From Limnochordia bacterium (GTDB taxonomy: Bacteria; Bacillota; Limnochordia; DTU080): DNA of 64,000 nucleotides. The stretch spans positions 192,001 to 256,000 of the forward strand of contig JBMNJG010000012.1 of assembly GCA_050951545.1 (NCBI GenBank), written 5' to 3'. Each line of letters starts with the position of its first letter. The first letter of the stretch is position 1. A program made the position numbers and the translations under genes. Under the pieces are notes generated by a model. It did no database searches, had not been told where the DNA came from, and was given only the letters and a program-made list of their open reading frames with translations. Of this stretch, positions 40,503 to 51,546 are shown in pieces.

Positions 40503-41645
40503 GTGTTGCGGCACTATGACTGCATCGTTGTCGGGCTAGGGCCCGCGGGTTCTACGGCCCTAAAGGATATTAGCACGGCGGGCGTACGCGCCTTGGGCGT
40601 TGATAAGGCAGCCTTTCCGCGCGACAAGTGCTGCGGTGGGGCGCTCTCAGCTGCTGCGGAAAGACAGCTCCAGGTGCCCGAATGGAAACAGGCGGTGGAG
40701 GCTGAGATGCACACAGTGCGCGTGGCCCTTCGTTTGGGCCAGGAAATGACACATTCTACCCCAGAACCCATATGTCGCTTTGTCATGCGTGATCAGTTCG
40801 ATCACGTTCTTGTGGAAGCAGCCATAGCCTCTGGCGCTGAGGTGTTGTGTGGAGAGCCTATCGTCTCTTTGGAGATAGCGCCGCCTGGGGTGATTGTGCA
40901 AACGCCCACGCAGAAGCTGACAGCACGATGCCTAGTTGGGTGCGACGGTGCCCATAGTGTTGTGGCTCGTTCGCTCGGGCTATCACCAGCAGCCAGCGGA
41001 GCGGCTATAGAACAGGAGATGGTAGTGCCTAACAAGGTTGTGCGTCAGTGGGAAGGCACTGTGTATGTCTCCTACGGCGATCCGGCATGGGGCTATGGTT
41101 GGGTCTTCCCCAAGAAACACGGATTGAGTGTTGGCGTAGGGAGCTTCTCCCCTCGGAAGGCCCAGTTGCCGCTGCATCTGGAACGTCTGCTGGCCCACTG
41201 CAAGCTGAGTGGATATCCATCGCGCAGAAGCGGACATCCGATACCCTTGGGCGGTATGCGGAGACAGCTTCACAAGGGACCAGTCTGTCTGGCTGGAGAT
41301 GCGGCATCTCTTTGCGACCCACTCTCGGGAGAAGGCATCTCCCACGCCCTGCTGAGTGGCCATATCGCGGCCCGACACGTCCTGCAGTATCTCACTGGAG
41401 AGACACGAGACTTCGCCGCGTACCAGGCAGAGATCGAACAGCGGATCACTCAAGAAATGGCTTTGGCTCGCTGGATCGCTGGCAAGCTGTACAGGGCTCC
41501 GCGTCTTTTTTTCGGGTTGCTACAGCGTAGTCCATCCACACTAGCCCTTTATTTCCAGTTGATCGGCGGAACAGCAACCTACCGCGACGTAGTCAACCAT
41601 CTCAAACAGCAGTTCAGACGCTTCGCCGTGTTTGGTACTGGGTAG
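40503..41645 (+). CDS. Geranylgeranyl reductase family FAD-dependent oxidoreductase
   Basis: DCIVVGLGPAGS, FPRDKCCGG, RDQFD, GCDGAHS, GYGWVFPK, AGDAA..DPLSGEGI. GTG start 6 nt after AGGAGG (ATG 40497 alternative). Confidence 0.9.
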   Translation: MLRHYDCIVVGLGPAGSTALKDISTAGVRALGVDKAAFPRDKCCGGALSAAAERQLQVPEWKQAVEAEMHTVRVALRLGQEMTHSTPEPICRFVMRDQFDHVLVEAAIASGAEVLCGEPIVSLEIAPPGVIVQTPTQKLTARCLVGCDGAHSVVARSLGLSPAASGAAIEQEMVVPNKVVRQWEGTVYVSYGDPAWGYGWVFPKKHGLSVGVGSFSPRKAQLPLHLERLLAHCKLSGYPSRRSGHPIPLGGMRRQLHKGPVCLAGDAASLCDPLSGEGISHALLSGHIAARHVLQYLTGETRDFAAYQAEIEQRITQEMALARWIAGKLYRAPRLFFGLLQRSPSTLALYFQLIGGTATYRDVVNHLKQQFRRFAVFGTG

Positions 41646-41751
41646 GTTGCCGCCTGCCTGGTATGCCAACGCTCACATAACTGCGCCTATCCCGGGTACC
41701 TTATCATCACCTAGTGCCTGGACGGATTCCATGGTTTTCCTCAGATGGGTA

Positions 41752-41779
41752 TTGACACAGAGAGGATTTCGGCTATATT
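41752..41779 (+). promoter_or_regulatory. SigA promoter of groESL
   Basis: TTGACA-16nt-TATATT just upstream of CIRCE. Confidence 0.7.
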
Positions 41780-41787
41780 AGGACGTG

Positions 41788-41814
41788 GTAGCACTCGCGG
41801 GCCGCGAGTGCTAA
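41788..41814 (+). promoter_or_regulatory. CIRCE element (HrcA operator)
   Basis: GTAGCACTC-N9-GAGTGCTAA; one mismatch to TTAGCACTC-N9-GAGTGCTAA. Confidence 0.95.
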
Positions 41815-41860
41815 CAGACGGTGAACATAGTGCAGTGAATCACACAGGAGGGAGCATTGT

Positions 41861-42148
41861 ATGACGTTAAAGCCGTTAGGAGACCGGGTTGTTGTCCGGG
41901 CTATTGAGGAAGAGCAGCTAACTGCGGGTGGTATCGTGTTACCGGATACAGCCAAGGAGAAGCCGCAACAGGGCGAAGTAGTCGCCGTGGGCACTGGTAA
42001 GTTGCTCGACAATGGCGAGCGTGTGCCGCTCGAGGTGAAAGACGGAGATCGCATTATCTTTGCCAAGTATGGTGGTACTGAAGTCAAAATCAAGGGTGAG
42101 GAGTACCTGATTCTGCGCGAGAGCGACATCCTGGCCATCGTAAGCTGA
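41861..42148 (+). CDS. groES: Co-chaperonin GroES
   Basis: [36 protein letters not shown]. Confidence 0.98.
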   Translation: MTLKPLGDRVVVRAIEEEQLTAGGIVLPDTAKEKPQQGEVVAVGTGKLLDNGERVPLEVKDGDRIIFAKYGGTEVKIKGEEYLILRESDILAIVS

Positions 42149-42161
42149 CATTTGCCTCTGA

Positions 42162-43841
<1,680 letters not shown>

Positions 43842-43863
43842 GCCAGCAACTGTGGCTGTAGCT

Positions 43864-43902
43864 GTGCGTGGGGTGGGATTGAAAAGCTTCCCGCCCCCGC
43901 AC
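43864..43902 (+). terminator. GC-rich hairpin after groEL
   Basis: GTGCG.GGGGTGGGA...TCCCGCCCCCGCAC; weak U tail. Confidence 0.45.
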
Positions 43903-43910
43903 TCTAGCCA

Positions 43911-43940
43911 TTGACAAGCGCCTGTTCTCTCGCTTATACT
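43911..43940 (+). promoter_or_regulatory. SigA promoter of tRNA-Leu(GAG)
   Basis: TTGACA-18nt-TATACT, 13 nt before the tRNA. Confidence 0.75.
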
Positions 43941-43953
43941 GAGGCAGTAGATG

Positions 43954-44038
43954 GCCCGGGTGGCGGAACTGGCAGACGCGCACGTTTGAGGGGCGTGTCC
44001 CGCAAGGGGTACGAGTTCAAGTCTCGTTCCGGGCACCA
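43954..44038 (+). tRNA. tRNA-Leu (anticodon GAG)
   Basis: Acceptor GCCCGGG/TCCGGGC-A-CCA, D arm TGGCGGAACTGGCAGACGC, anticodon loop TTGAGGG, long variable arm, GTTCAAG T loop. Confidence 0.96.
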
Positions 44039-44041
44039 CGT

Positions 44042-44080
44042 ACAAGGTCCCATTTTCATAGTGGGGCCTTGTCTGTTCTT
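44042..44080. terminator. Terminator between tRNA-Leu and convergent URO-D gene
   Basis: ACAAGGTCCC...GGGGCCTTGT hairpin followed by a T-rich tract. Confidence 0.55.
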
Positions 44081-44103
44081 ACTGCAGAAGCGCACATCGC
44101 CGC

Positions 44104-45072
44104 TCAGAATGGGTAGTCACGATGCTTCCTCCATACGTCCAAGATTAGGCGGTAGCGCTCGGGAGGTAGCCCGGCAAAGGGTACGTTGCTTGTGCAGAAA
44201 ATGTAGCCTCCACCCGGTTTGCCATGCTCAATGCAGTATTCCGCACTGGCTATGACCTCATCTTCACTCCCCGTCTGCATCAGTGCGCAGTTCACATTTC
44301 CACAGAGGCAAAGCCTATCCCCCACCAGCTGCTTCACTTCCTTAATGTCTACGCCAGCCATAGGGTCAAGGGAGTGCAGTCCGTCAGGTTCACATGCCAC
44401 CAACTGATCGAGAATTGGCATGATGTTTCCATCCGTGTGCTTGATGCAGTAGGCGCCGGCTCTTTTCGTTTCGGAGATGATCTGATGCAGATAAGGCGTC
44501 ACGAATTCCGAGAACATCGCTGGCGACATGAACGGTCCGGCGTTGAAGCAGTAGTCTGAGCAGAGGATAAACGAATCCATACCAGCATCAATGAGCCTCT
44601 TGTTGCGCTCGATTGCCCGGCGTGCGAGTTGAGCCGCATGGTAATGCGCATCTTGCGGTGTGTCTGCCAACCAGAAATAGAACTCCAGTAGATGGTCGCC
44701 GTCGGGTATGCTGAAGGTCCCGTCACCGTGAGTGGTAAGCATCATCGTGTCGCCGACAATCTGTCGTAAGTAGCGGGTACTGTGTTGTAGATCATCCCAG
44801 TTTAGGTAGTGGACTGGGATGATGGAGTATTCGAGATTCGTGTAGACCTCAACCATATACTCTGCATTCACCTGCAACAGGCGTTCTCTTTTGCTACCCG
44901 CAATATGACTGATGGAGTCGCTGCGCACGAATCTGCGACCAAAGAACTCCTCTTCCAGCTGAAACTCGAGTTCGAACGTCGGAATCTGGTCAGGAACCTG
45001 AAGCGTGAGAGCAGCTTCTGCTCGCTCTTTCGGGGTCATTGAGCGCTGTTGGTTGCTGGTCTCCATGCACAT
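44104..45072 (-). CDS. Uroporphyrinogen decarboxylase / methylcobamide:CoM methyltransferase superfamily protein
   Basis: MTPKERA, PDQIP, SDYCFNAGPFMSP.MF.EFV.PY, KHTDGNI, CGNVNC, GGGYIFCTSN. Confidence 0.85.
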   Translation of the reverse strand: MCMETSNQQRSMTPKERAEAALTLQVPDQIPTFELEFQLEEEFFGRRFVRSDSISHIAGSKRERLLQVNAEYMVEVYTNLEYSIIPVHYLNWDDLQHSTRYLRQIVGDTMMLTTHGDGTFSIPDGDHLLEFYFWLADTPQDAHYHAAQLARRAIERNKRLIDAGMDSFILCSDYCFNAGPFMSPAMFSEFVTPYLHQIISETKRAGAYCIKHTDGNIMPILDQLVACEPDGLHSLDPMAGVDIKEVKQLVGDRLCLCGNVNCALMQTGSEDEVIASAEYCIEHGKPGGGYIFCTSNVPFAGLPPERYRLILDVWRKHRDYPF

Positions 45073-45225
45073 GTGATGCCATCACCTCGTCCTGGATCGG
45101 CTACAGTAGACTTCCTCTGTCCTGTTGTTCTGTCCTGCACAGATCCAGTGGCCCGAATTGCGCCGATCAACTGCATATGCTACGCTGTCAACAGCAGAAG
45201 CAATGACGAGAACGGGGGATGTGCC

Positions 45226-45615
45226 ATGGAGTACACGGAGCAAAGTGCCCCTGATGTATGCGAGGAGTTCCTGATCGATGGCACTCGCGTTGGACAGCTG
45301 AGGGCTGATCTCGAGCGGGTGGGCGGGGTCTCCGAGATCTTTAAGGTGCTGGGTGATGAAACACGCACGCGCATCGTTTGGGCGCTCTCTTGTTGCGAGC
45401 TGTGTGTCTGTGATATCGCGGCCTTGCTTGGCGTCTCTAGCTCTTCTGTCTCGCATCACCTGCGGCTACTGCGTAGTTTGCGCCTAGTCAAGTACCGTCG
45501 AGAAGGGAAGATGGCCTACTACAGTCTTGACGACGACCATATCGTACAGCTTATCCGGGCTGCCCTGGATCACTATGAAGAGCAGGGCTCATCGGCCTCG
45601 CGGGGGAGCCGCTAG
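45226..45615 (+). CDS. ArsR/SmtB-family metal-sensing repressor (CadC/ZiaR-like)
   Basis: N-terminal DVCE, FKVLGDETR, ELCVCD, SVSHHLRLLR, alpha5 site DDH...HYEE; ATG 45226 after a GGGGG RBS. Confidence 0.92.
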   Translation: MEYTEQSAPDVCEEFLIDGTRVGQLRADLERVGGVSEIFKVLGDETRTRIVWALSCCELCVCDIAALLGVSSSSVSHHLRLLRSLRLVKYRREGKMAYYSLDDDHIVQLIRAALDHYEEQGSSASRGSR

Positions 45616-47526
45616 GCCGCCGCCTGCTGGGCAACGGCCTCACGATCAACCGTGAGCTGTTGAGTACTGCCAGAAGCGCTACTCCAACGTCAGCGAACAC
45701 CGCTTGCCACAGGCTGGCTATGCCCAGACCGCCCAGGGCCAGGACGGTGCCTTTGACGATGAAAGCCAGAAGGATGTTCTGCCACACAATCAGCCGAGTG
45801 CGGCGGGCGATCGTGATGGCTTCAGCCAGACGCGAGGGCTCGTCGGTCATCAGCACGATGTCAGCCGCCTCAAGTGCTGCCTCGGCACCCAGGCCTCCCA
45901 TGGCTACACCTACGTCTGCCCTAGCTAGTACAGGAGCGTCGTTCAGCCCATCGCCGACGAAAAGAACGCGACCCAAGCTACCTTCTTTGAGTTGTTCGAG
46001 GTGAGCCACTTTCCCGTCAGGTAGCAGCTCTGATCTGACTGTGTCGATGCCCAAGCGCTCCCCTATCGCCTCTGCTACTGTCCGCCGATCGCCTGTCAAC
46101 ATGGCGATCTCGCTCTACTCCCAGTTCGCGCAGTTCTTCAATCGCCCGCGGGGCATCAGGCCGCAGGCGATCGCTGATCACGATGTGCCCCATGTACCGC
46201 CTGTTGCGCGCTACATGCACCAGGGTAGCCGCGTCGCCTCCGGTTTCGGTGATCTGCACTCCCAGGTGCGCCATGAGGCGACTGTTGCCCACTGCCACCT
46301 CGTCGGCGCCGATACGACATGTAACCCCTTCGCCAGCTATCTCGGAGGAGTCGGAGACGTTCTGATCGATGACGGGTTCTCCATAGGCCTGACGTAGCGA
46401 CTCTGCAATGGGATGCAAAGAATGCTGCTCTGCCAGTACGGCCAGCTGCAGCAGCTCATCAGCAGACGTACCGGGTTGGGCTCGCACTGCGGTCACAGAA
46501 AAGACGCCTTCAGTCAACGTACCGGTCTTGTCGAAGGCTACAGTGTGAATGCTATGAAGCCCTTCTAGGAAGCTGGCACCCTTAATCAGGATACCGCGGC
46601 GGGCAGCTGCTCCCTAAGCCAGCGAAAAAGCCCAGAGGCACTGACACGACGAGGGCACATGGGCATGAGATAACCAAGAACAACAGTGCTCTGTATCCCC
46701 AGGTTTGCCAACTGCCCTGAAAAAGTAACGGTGGGATGAGCGCGAAGATGGCGGCCATGGCCACCACGGCAGGGGTGTAGAAGCGGGCAAAGCGGGAGAT
46801 GAATCGCTCCGTCGGGGCCTTATGCGCTCCTGCATCTTCCACCAGTCTGAGTACGCGGGCTACGGCACTTTCGCTGAACTCAGTGCTGACCTGTATCGTC
46901 AGCAACCCGGTCTGGTTGACAAAACCACTGAGTACGGTGCTGCCGGGTCCTACCTGCCGCGGTACGGACTCACCTGTTAGAGCTGCCGTATCGACAAAGG
47001 AGCGTCCTTGCATGATCTCACCATCAAGGGGGACGCGTTCGCCCGGCCTCACGATAATTCGCTGCCCAGGCACGATCTGTTGGGGTTCAACGACGCTGAC
47101 TGTGTCGTCAGATTCCAAAAGGTTTGCGTATTCGGGACGCACGTCAATCAAGGATTTGATTGAACGTCTCGAACGACCCGCGGCGGCCTCTTGAAGCATC
47201 TCCCCAATCTCGTAGAACAACATCACGGCCACTGCCTCCGGATACTCTCCGATGGCAATCGCCCCCATAGTAGCCACGCTCATGAGAAAGCTTTCACTGA
47301 AGAGACGCCCTCTGCTACCGCCGCGTATGGCGTGCCAGAGTGTAGGTCCACCTAGAGTGAGGTACGCGGCCATGTACAGCCAAGGATCCCAAGGCCCGCG
47401 GCCAAAGATGGCGGCACCAAAGAGCACTGCTCCAATAGCGAGACGCACGATTTGCAGCTGAGACGAGGCCGCGTTAGCATGATCGTGTGCACATGCTCTG
47501 CAGCTTTCTGGCGATTCGTGTTTCAC
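45551..47526 (-). pseudogene. cadA: Heavy-metal (Zn/Cd/Pb) P1B-type ATPase CadA/ZntA, split by two +1 frameshifts (pseudogene or sequencing error)
   Basis: Three ORF pieces join into ~657 aa carrying TGES, ISCPCAL, DKTGTLT, SLHP, MLTGD, GDGLND. Extra bases at ~46612-46614 (GGG) and ~46109-46112. Confidence 0.88.
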
Positions 47527-47554
47527 AAGGGCCTCTTCCACGCAACTCACCCCG

Positions 47555-47584
47555 CAAACGTATGAACAATTGTTCATACGTTTG
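47555..47584. promoter_or_regulatory. Perfect 30-bp palindromic ArsR/SmtB-type operator of cadA
   Basis: CAAACGTATGAACAA|TTGTTCATACGTTTG lies between the -10 box and the cadA RBS; TGAACA-AT-TGTTCA core resembles SmtB/CzrA/CadC boxes. Confidence 0.88.
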
Positions 47585-47593
47585 ATCAAGGTC

Positions 47594-47623
47594 AGTATAC
47601 GTTGGCGGACTAGGCCTTGTCAA
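47594..47623 (-). promoter_or_regulatory. SigA promoter of cadA
   Basis: TTGACA-18nt-TATACT. Confidence 0.8.
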
Positions 47624-47639
47624 CATCGAAAACACATTC

Positions 47640-49145
47640 CTACAGTGAGGCTACGGCTACCTCGGACTCGGCATCCACAAGCATCCGCCGGAGGATCTTG
47701 CCGCTGGAAGACTTGGGGAGCTCGTTGACAAAGGTCACCGTCTTGGGGATCTTGTAGTTTGCGAGGTGCTGCCGGCAGTACATGATCACCTGAGACGCGG
47801 CTAGAGTCTCACCCGGCTTGGTACTGATCACAGCCTTTACGGATTCGCCACGAATAGGGTGCGACACACCGAAGACGGCCGCCTCTTTGATCTTCGGGTG
47901 AGCGTACAAGATCTCCTCGACTTCACGAGGATACACCTTCAGCCCACCGACGATGATCATATCCTTCAGTCTGTCTATGATGGTGATATAGCCATCATCG
48001 TCTAGTGTAGCGATGTCACCAGTATGAAGCCATCCGCCACGCAGGGCTGCCGACGTGGCCTTCGGTAGCCCAAAGTAGCCAGTCATGACATTCTCGCCTT
48101 GCACCAGAAGCTCCCCAGGATGGCCAGGAGGCTGATCACGTCCCTGTTCATCTACGACGCGGACCCTGACCCCCGGTATGGGTGGACCAACGGTTCCAGC
48201 CTTTACTTGGTGAGGTACGTTCACCGAAACGACTGGCGAGGCCTCAGAGAGGCCATAGCCTTCTCTGATCGGGATACCGTAGGCCCTCGAGAAACCCTCC
48301 AGCACAGCCACAGGTAAAGGGGCGCCTCCTGACAAGCACACGCGCACGCCTGCCATCGCTTCCTGTGGCACGTTGGCTGTAGTGAGTACCACAAACATGG
48401 CCGGTACGCCCACAAGCACGCTGATTCGATAGTTGCCGATGGCCGCCACGACGGCATGAGGCACGAACTGCTCCATCAGCACAATCTCGGCGCCAAGGCG
48501 CAGGGGCACGAGCATCGTCACCGTGGCTGCTAGGCAATGGAACAAAGGCAGGACACACAAGAAGACGTCCTGATCATGTACCTCGATGGCCTGAATCGTA
48601 GAGGCTACGTCATGAACCAAGTTGCGATGTGTGAGCATCGCTCCCTTGGGTTTTCCCGTGGTACCCGACGTATAGATAAAGACAGCCAAATCGGTCTCCT
48701 GTACAGGAGTGCTGAGTGGAGAGGCGTCCCCTGTCTTCAGAATGTTCTCCCAGGTCTGAGCTTGTGGACCAGCGGTCGCCAGGCACGAGATGTCCGTTTC
48801 TGCCAAAGCGCCTGCTACGCTGGGCAGGGCGGTGGCAATGACATAACGGCAGCGAGCATCGCGAAAGACGAAGCTCAGCTCTTCCGCTGTCCAGACAGGG
48901 TTGATGGGCACAGCTATGGCACCAATGCCGGTGACGGCAAAATAAGCGAAAATAAAAGCAGGGCTATTGGGAAGGACTAAGGCAACTCTGTCACCAGGTT
49001 GAACACCACGTTTTTGCAGGTAGTGCCCGATTCGATTGACAATCACATAGATCTGGTGGTAGGAGTAGCTGTTGCCCTCAAAGCGCAAACAGACTCGCTC
49101 TGCTGCCTGGGCGGCGGAGTGTGCGAGAATCTCGTAGAGGGTCAT
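47640..49145 (-). CDS. Long-chain fatty acid--CoA ligase (AMP-binding family)
   Basis: YTSGTTGKPKG, LPLFH, EGYGLSEASP, WLHTGD, DRLKD, GKILRR. Confidence 0.92.
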   Translation of the reverse strand: MTLYEILAHSAAQAAERVCLRFEGNSYSYHQIYVIVNRIGHYLQKRGVQPGDRVALVLPNSPAFIFAYFAVTGIGAIAVPINPVWTAEELSFVFRDARCRYVIATALPSVAGALAETDISCLATAGPQAQTWENILKTGDASPLSTPVQETDLAVFIYTSGTTGKPKGAMLTHRNLVHDVASTIQAIEVHDQDVFLCVLPLFHCLAATVTMLVPLRLGAEIVLMEQFVPHAVVAAIGNYRISVLVGVPAMFVVLTTANVPQEAMAGVRVCLSGGAPLPVAVLEGFSRAYGIPIREGYGLSEASPVVSVNVPHQVKAGTVGPPIPGVRVRVVDEQGRDQPPGHPGELLVQGENVMTGYFGLPKATSAALRGGWLHTGDIATLDDDGYITIIDRLKDMIIVGGLKVYPREVEEILYAHPKIKEAAVFGVSHPIRGESVKAVISTKPGETLAASQVIMYCRQHLANYKIPKTVTFVNELPKSSSGKILRRMLVDAESEVAVASL

Positions 49146-49337
49146 TCAGTCAACGTGCTCCTCTCCAACTGCGAGTTAAACTATAAAGTTCGACTGTAGC
49201 AGCTTCTCATCCTGCTATGAACCCTTCGCCTTTGGTGCCCGTCTTCCCCTTGGGAAGTGACACCGAGAATGCCTGAAAATGCGATTTCAGGGCATGACTG
49301 CGGCGCATTCGCTTGGGCGACACCGATGCTCAGTCGT

Positions 49338-49372
49338 AGAGAAGAAGAGTGCCATATGCGAAGATGGCACTC
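49338..49372 (-). terminator. Intrinsic terminator after PmoA-family gene
   Basis: GAGTGCCAT-CTTCGCAT-ATGGCACTC followed by TTCTTCTCT. Confidence 0.65.
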
Positions 49373-49401
49373 AGCGTTCCATCGTGCTGGGAAGCACAAG
49401 G

Positions 49402-50529
49402 CTAGCTACACTTTAGCACTGCTTTCGCTGGATTGGCATAGTCATGGTACCGCGTCGCAACATGGGCTCTGTCGCAGTCACCAGCATGAAACAAGACTCG
49501 GTAGCGATACGTGACACGTTCACCAGCCTCTAAACTGCGCTCCCCGAGAAAGTGGAAATTGTTCCCTGAAAAAAGGCCATAGTCTCTTACGTGCCAGAAA
49601 GTGGGGTGGTCTTCGTTCTCAGCATGGTCAAAGATCGCTATGCCGACCGCGTGTCCATCCACTGTACCTGAGTAGTCGCACCAGGGAGAGCGTCTACCCC
49701 AGCACTCTGCTTCATTAATGGCACCAAAGGCGTTGACTACTCTTCCGCCGCTCTTGACGGTCATTTCCGGAGCGACCCGCACTCCAAGAGGTCCGGCTTC
49801 CTTAGTGGCCCCGAGCTTCACGGGGCCGTAGGTGGCCCGCAGGGTCAAGGAGAGATCCATCATCCGTTGGCCTTCCCAGAGGTTGTAAAGAGCCATACTA
49901 CGATGATCATCCATAAGAGGCTGTCCTGCGAAGTCTGTCCACGTGTTCTCTGACGCGAAATAGCCGACAACACCGCCATCTGTCTGATGCGTAAACGATT
50001 GGTGGATCTCCTTGCCGTAGCGTTCTGCAGGCTCATTCCAGCAATCGATGCCGTTGACGTCGCCATGTGAGAACCAGAGCGATCTCTGGTGCGGGTGCTC
50101 CTTTGTTTGCAGATCGAGGCGGGTGATGGAGCTATCAACCCCCGGGGCAGCAATGGGACCCCAGAAAGGCTTCGCGTATCCCCCGTATACATACTCTGTG
50201 AACAACCTGTCTTGTATGCGAAGCTCCAGGCTTTTTCCTCTGTCTATGAGCCTGACCCCAGGGATGTCGGCCTCGCCAGGAACGAACTCACAGACGCTTT
50301 CGCTACCCGCTTCCATCCAAGGGACTGTCAACACAAGGAACTTCCCCTCTTTGGTCGAGACCACCTGTGCAGGCAGCGTGGCGCCTTGGCAGCTGACCAA
50401 GCCCGTTCCATAGCCTGCATCAATCCGCCCTTGCCAATCCTCGGGGAGACCAGCAGGTTTCTCCGCCAATGGGATCCAGACCGGAGCATAATAGCGATGA
50501 TGATGACCAGCTTTCAGCAGCAAATGCAT
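49402..50529 (-). CDS. PmoA-family / DUF6807-type hypothetical protein (sugar-metabolism associated beta-protein)
   Basis: KPFWGP, HPHQRSLWFSHGDVNG.D.W, WCDYSG, IAIFDH..N..PT.WHVRDYG, YRYRVLFH; AAGGAGG RBS. Confidence 0.75.
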   Translation of the reverse strand: MHLLLKAGHHHRYYAPVWIPLAEKPAGLPEDWQGRIDAGYGTGLVSCQGATLPAQVVSTKEGKFLVLTVPWMEAGSESVCEFVPGEADIPGVRLIDRGKSLELRIQDRLFTEYVYGGYAKPFWGPIAAPGVDSSITRLDLQTKEHPHQRSLWFSHGDVNGIDCWNEPAERYGKEIHQSFTHQTDGGVVGYFASENTWTDFAGQPLMDDHRSMALYNLWEGQRMMDLSLTLRATYGPVKLGATKEAGPLGVRVAPEMTVKSGGRVVNAFGAINEAECWGRRSPWCDYSGTVDGHAVGIAIFDHAENEDHPTFWHVRDYGLFSGNNFHFLGERSLEAGERVTYRYRVLFHAGDCDRAHVATRYHDYANPAKAVLKCS

Positions 50530-50578
50530 CTTTGACCTCCTTGAAAATTATGTTACGCTATGGCGAACACCTGCCGCA

Positions 50579-50624
50579 GCCGCCTCGACTTCCGCGCGTG
50601 ATTGGCGGTCGACACGCTACTCCC
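50579..50624 (-). repeat. Dispersed intergenic element, copy C
   Basis: Sense GGGAGTA-GCGTGTCGACCGCCAATCACGCGCGGAAGTCGAGGCGGC. Confidence 0.85.
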
Positions 50625-50641
50625 ATGGCATAACGACACCG

Positions 50642-51466
50642 TCAGGACCACGCCTGACGTAGTGTACTCAGTGCAAGCGGAGCTTCTGCTTTGAAGTCCT
50701 GCCACATACACTCCACAGAGACGCCACCTGCATAGCCACTTGCTTCCAGGTAGGTGCGTAGCAGACGATAGTCGAATTGCCCCGTACCTGGTGCGCGTCG
50801 GTCAGTGTCCGCCACGTGTACATGGCGTAGGAAACTGCCCAGGGTGGCCAGCACCTTCGGAGGTTCACCCTCCATTTCCATGTGATAGGTATCTGCCAGG
50901 GCGCGTACACTCTGCATGCCAAGCTCTTGAGCCAATTCAACCGCTTCGCTCACTAGGTGTATGAGATTGGTTTCCCTTTTGTTGAGTGGTTCTACCACGA
51001 TTGTGATTCCGTAGGGAGCTGCAGTTTTCCCCGCCATGGCCAGGAAGGCCACTAGTTCTGCCCTGGCTGTCTCCATGCTGTAGCCGTGGGGTACACGGCG
51101 AGCTCCGCCGCTGCCCAAGACGATCACGCGCCCACCCAGTCGCGCAATTCGTGCACAGGCCTCTGACACATACTCCTCCAGAGCTGTGAAATCACGCTCA
51201 GGTCCCACCAGGGGTAAGGTGGGTGGGATGAAGCTGTTGAAGGCGTCGACGGGCATAGCAGCTGTGCGAACAGCATCGACAAGCGCTTCAAAATCCCCTT
51301 GCGGAGGGTTCATGGCAAGTCCCACTGTGAACTCGGCAAAGTCGAAGCCCGTATCGGACAGAAAACGCAAGGAATCTGCGACACTGTCGGCCGTAGTCTG
51401 GGCCTTGGCTTCACCAGCCACTTGCGGTACAAACGAACCAAGATTGATACAGCAACCAAATCGCAA
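50642..51466 (-). CDS. Sugar phosphate isomerase/epimerase family TIM-barrel protein
   Basis: GFDFAE, GSGGAR, VEPLN..ETN, DTYHM, HVHVAD..R..PG.G, SVEC. TTG start after AAGGAGG; the frame stays open to GTG 51532 inside repeat D. Confidence 0.88.
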   Translation of the reverse strand: MRFGCCINLGSFVPQVAGEAKAQTTADSVADSLRFLSDTGFDFAEFTVGLAMNPPQGDFEALVDAVRTAAMPVDAFNSFIPPTLPLVGPERDFTALEEYVSEACARIARLGGRVIVLGSGGARRVPHGYSMETARAELVAFLAMAGKTAAPYGITIVVEPLNKRETNLIHLVSEAVELAQELGMQSVRALADTYHMEMEGEPPKVLATLGSFLRHVHVADTDRRAPGTGQFDYRLLRTYLEASGYAGGVSVECMWQDFKAEAPLALSTLRQAWS

Positions 51467-51495
51467 AGTGCAAGCCTCCTTTGAAAGCCTACGCT

Positions 51496-51542
51496 GCGGC
51501 CTCGACTTCCGCGCGCAGTTGGCCGCCGACACGCGTACTCCC
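51496..51542 (-). repeat. Dispersed intergenic element, copy D
   Basis: Sense GGGAGTACGCGTGTCGGCGGCCAACTGCGCGCGGAAGTCGAGGCCGC, 4 nt after the upstream stop codon. Confidence 0.85.
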
Positions 51543-51546
51543 TAGT

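Noticed and set aside
47916-47924. CCTCGACTT match inside the acyl-CoA ligase gene as a fifth repeat copy
   Set aside because: Only a short core matches, within coding sequence; the flanks are unrelated.
49402-50529. PmoA-family label as methane monooxygenase
   Set aside because: The protein is soluble-looking, lacks pmoB/pmoC neighbours and sits with a sugar isomerase; the family name is misleading.
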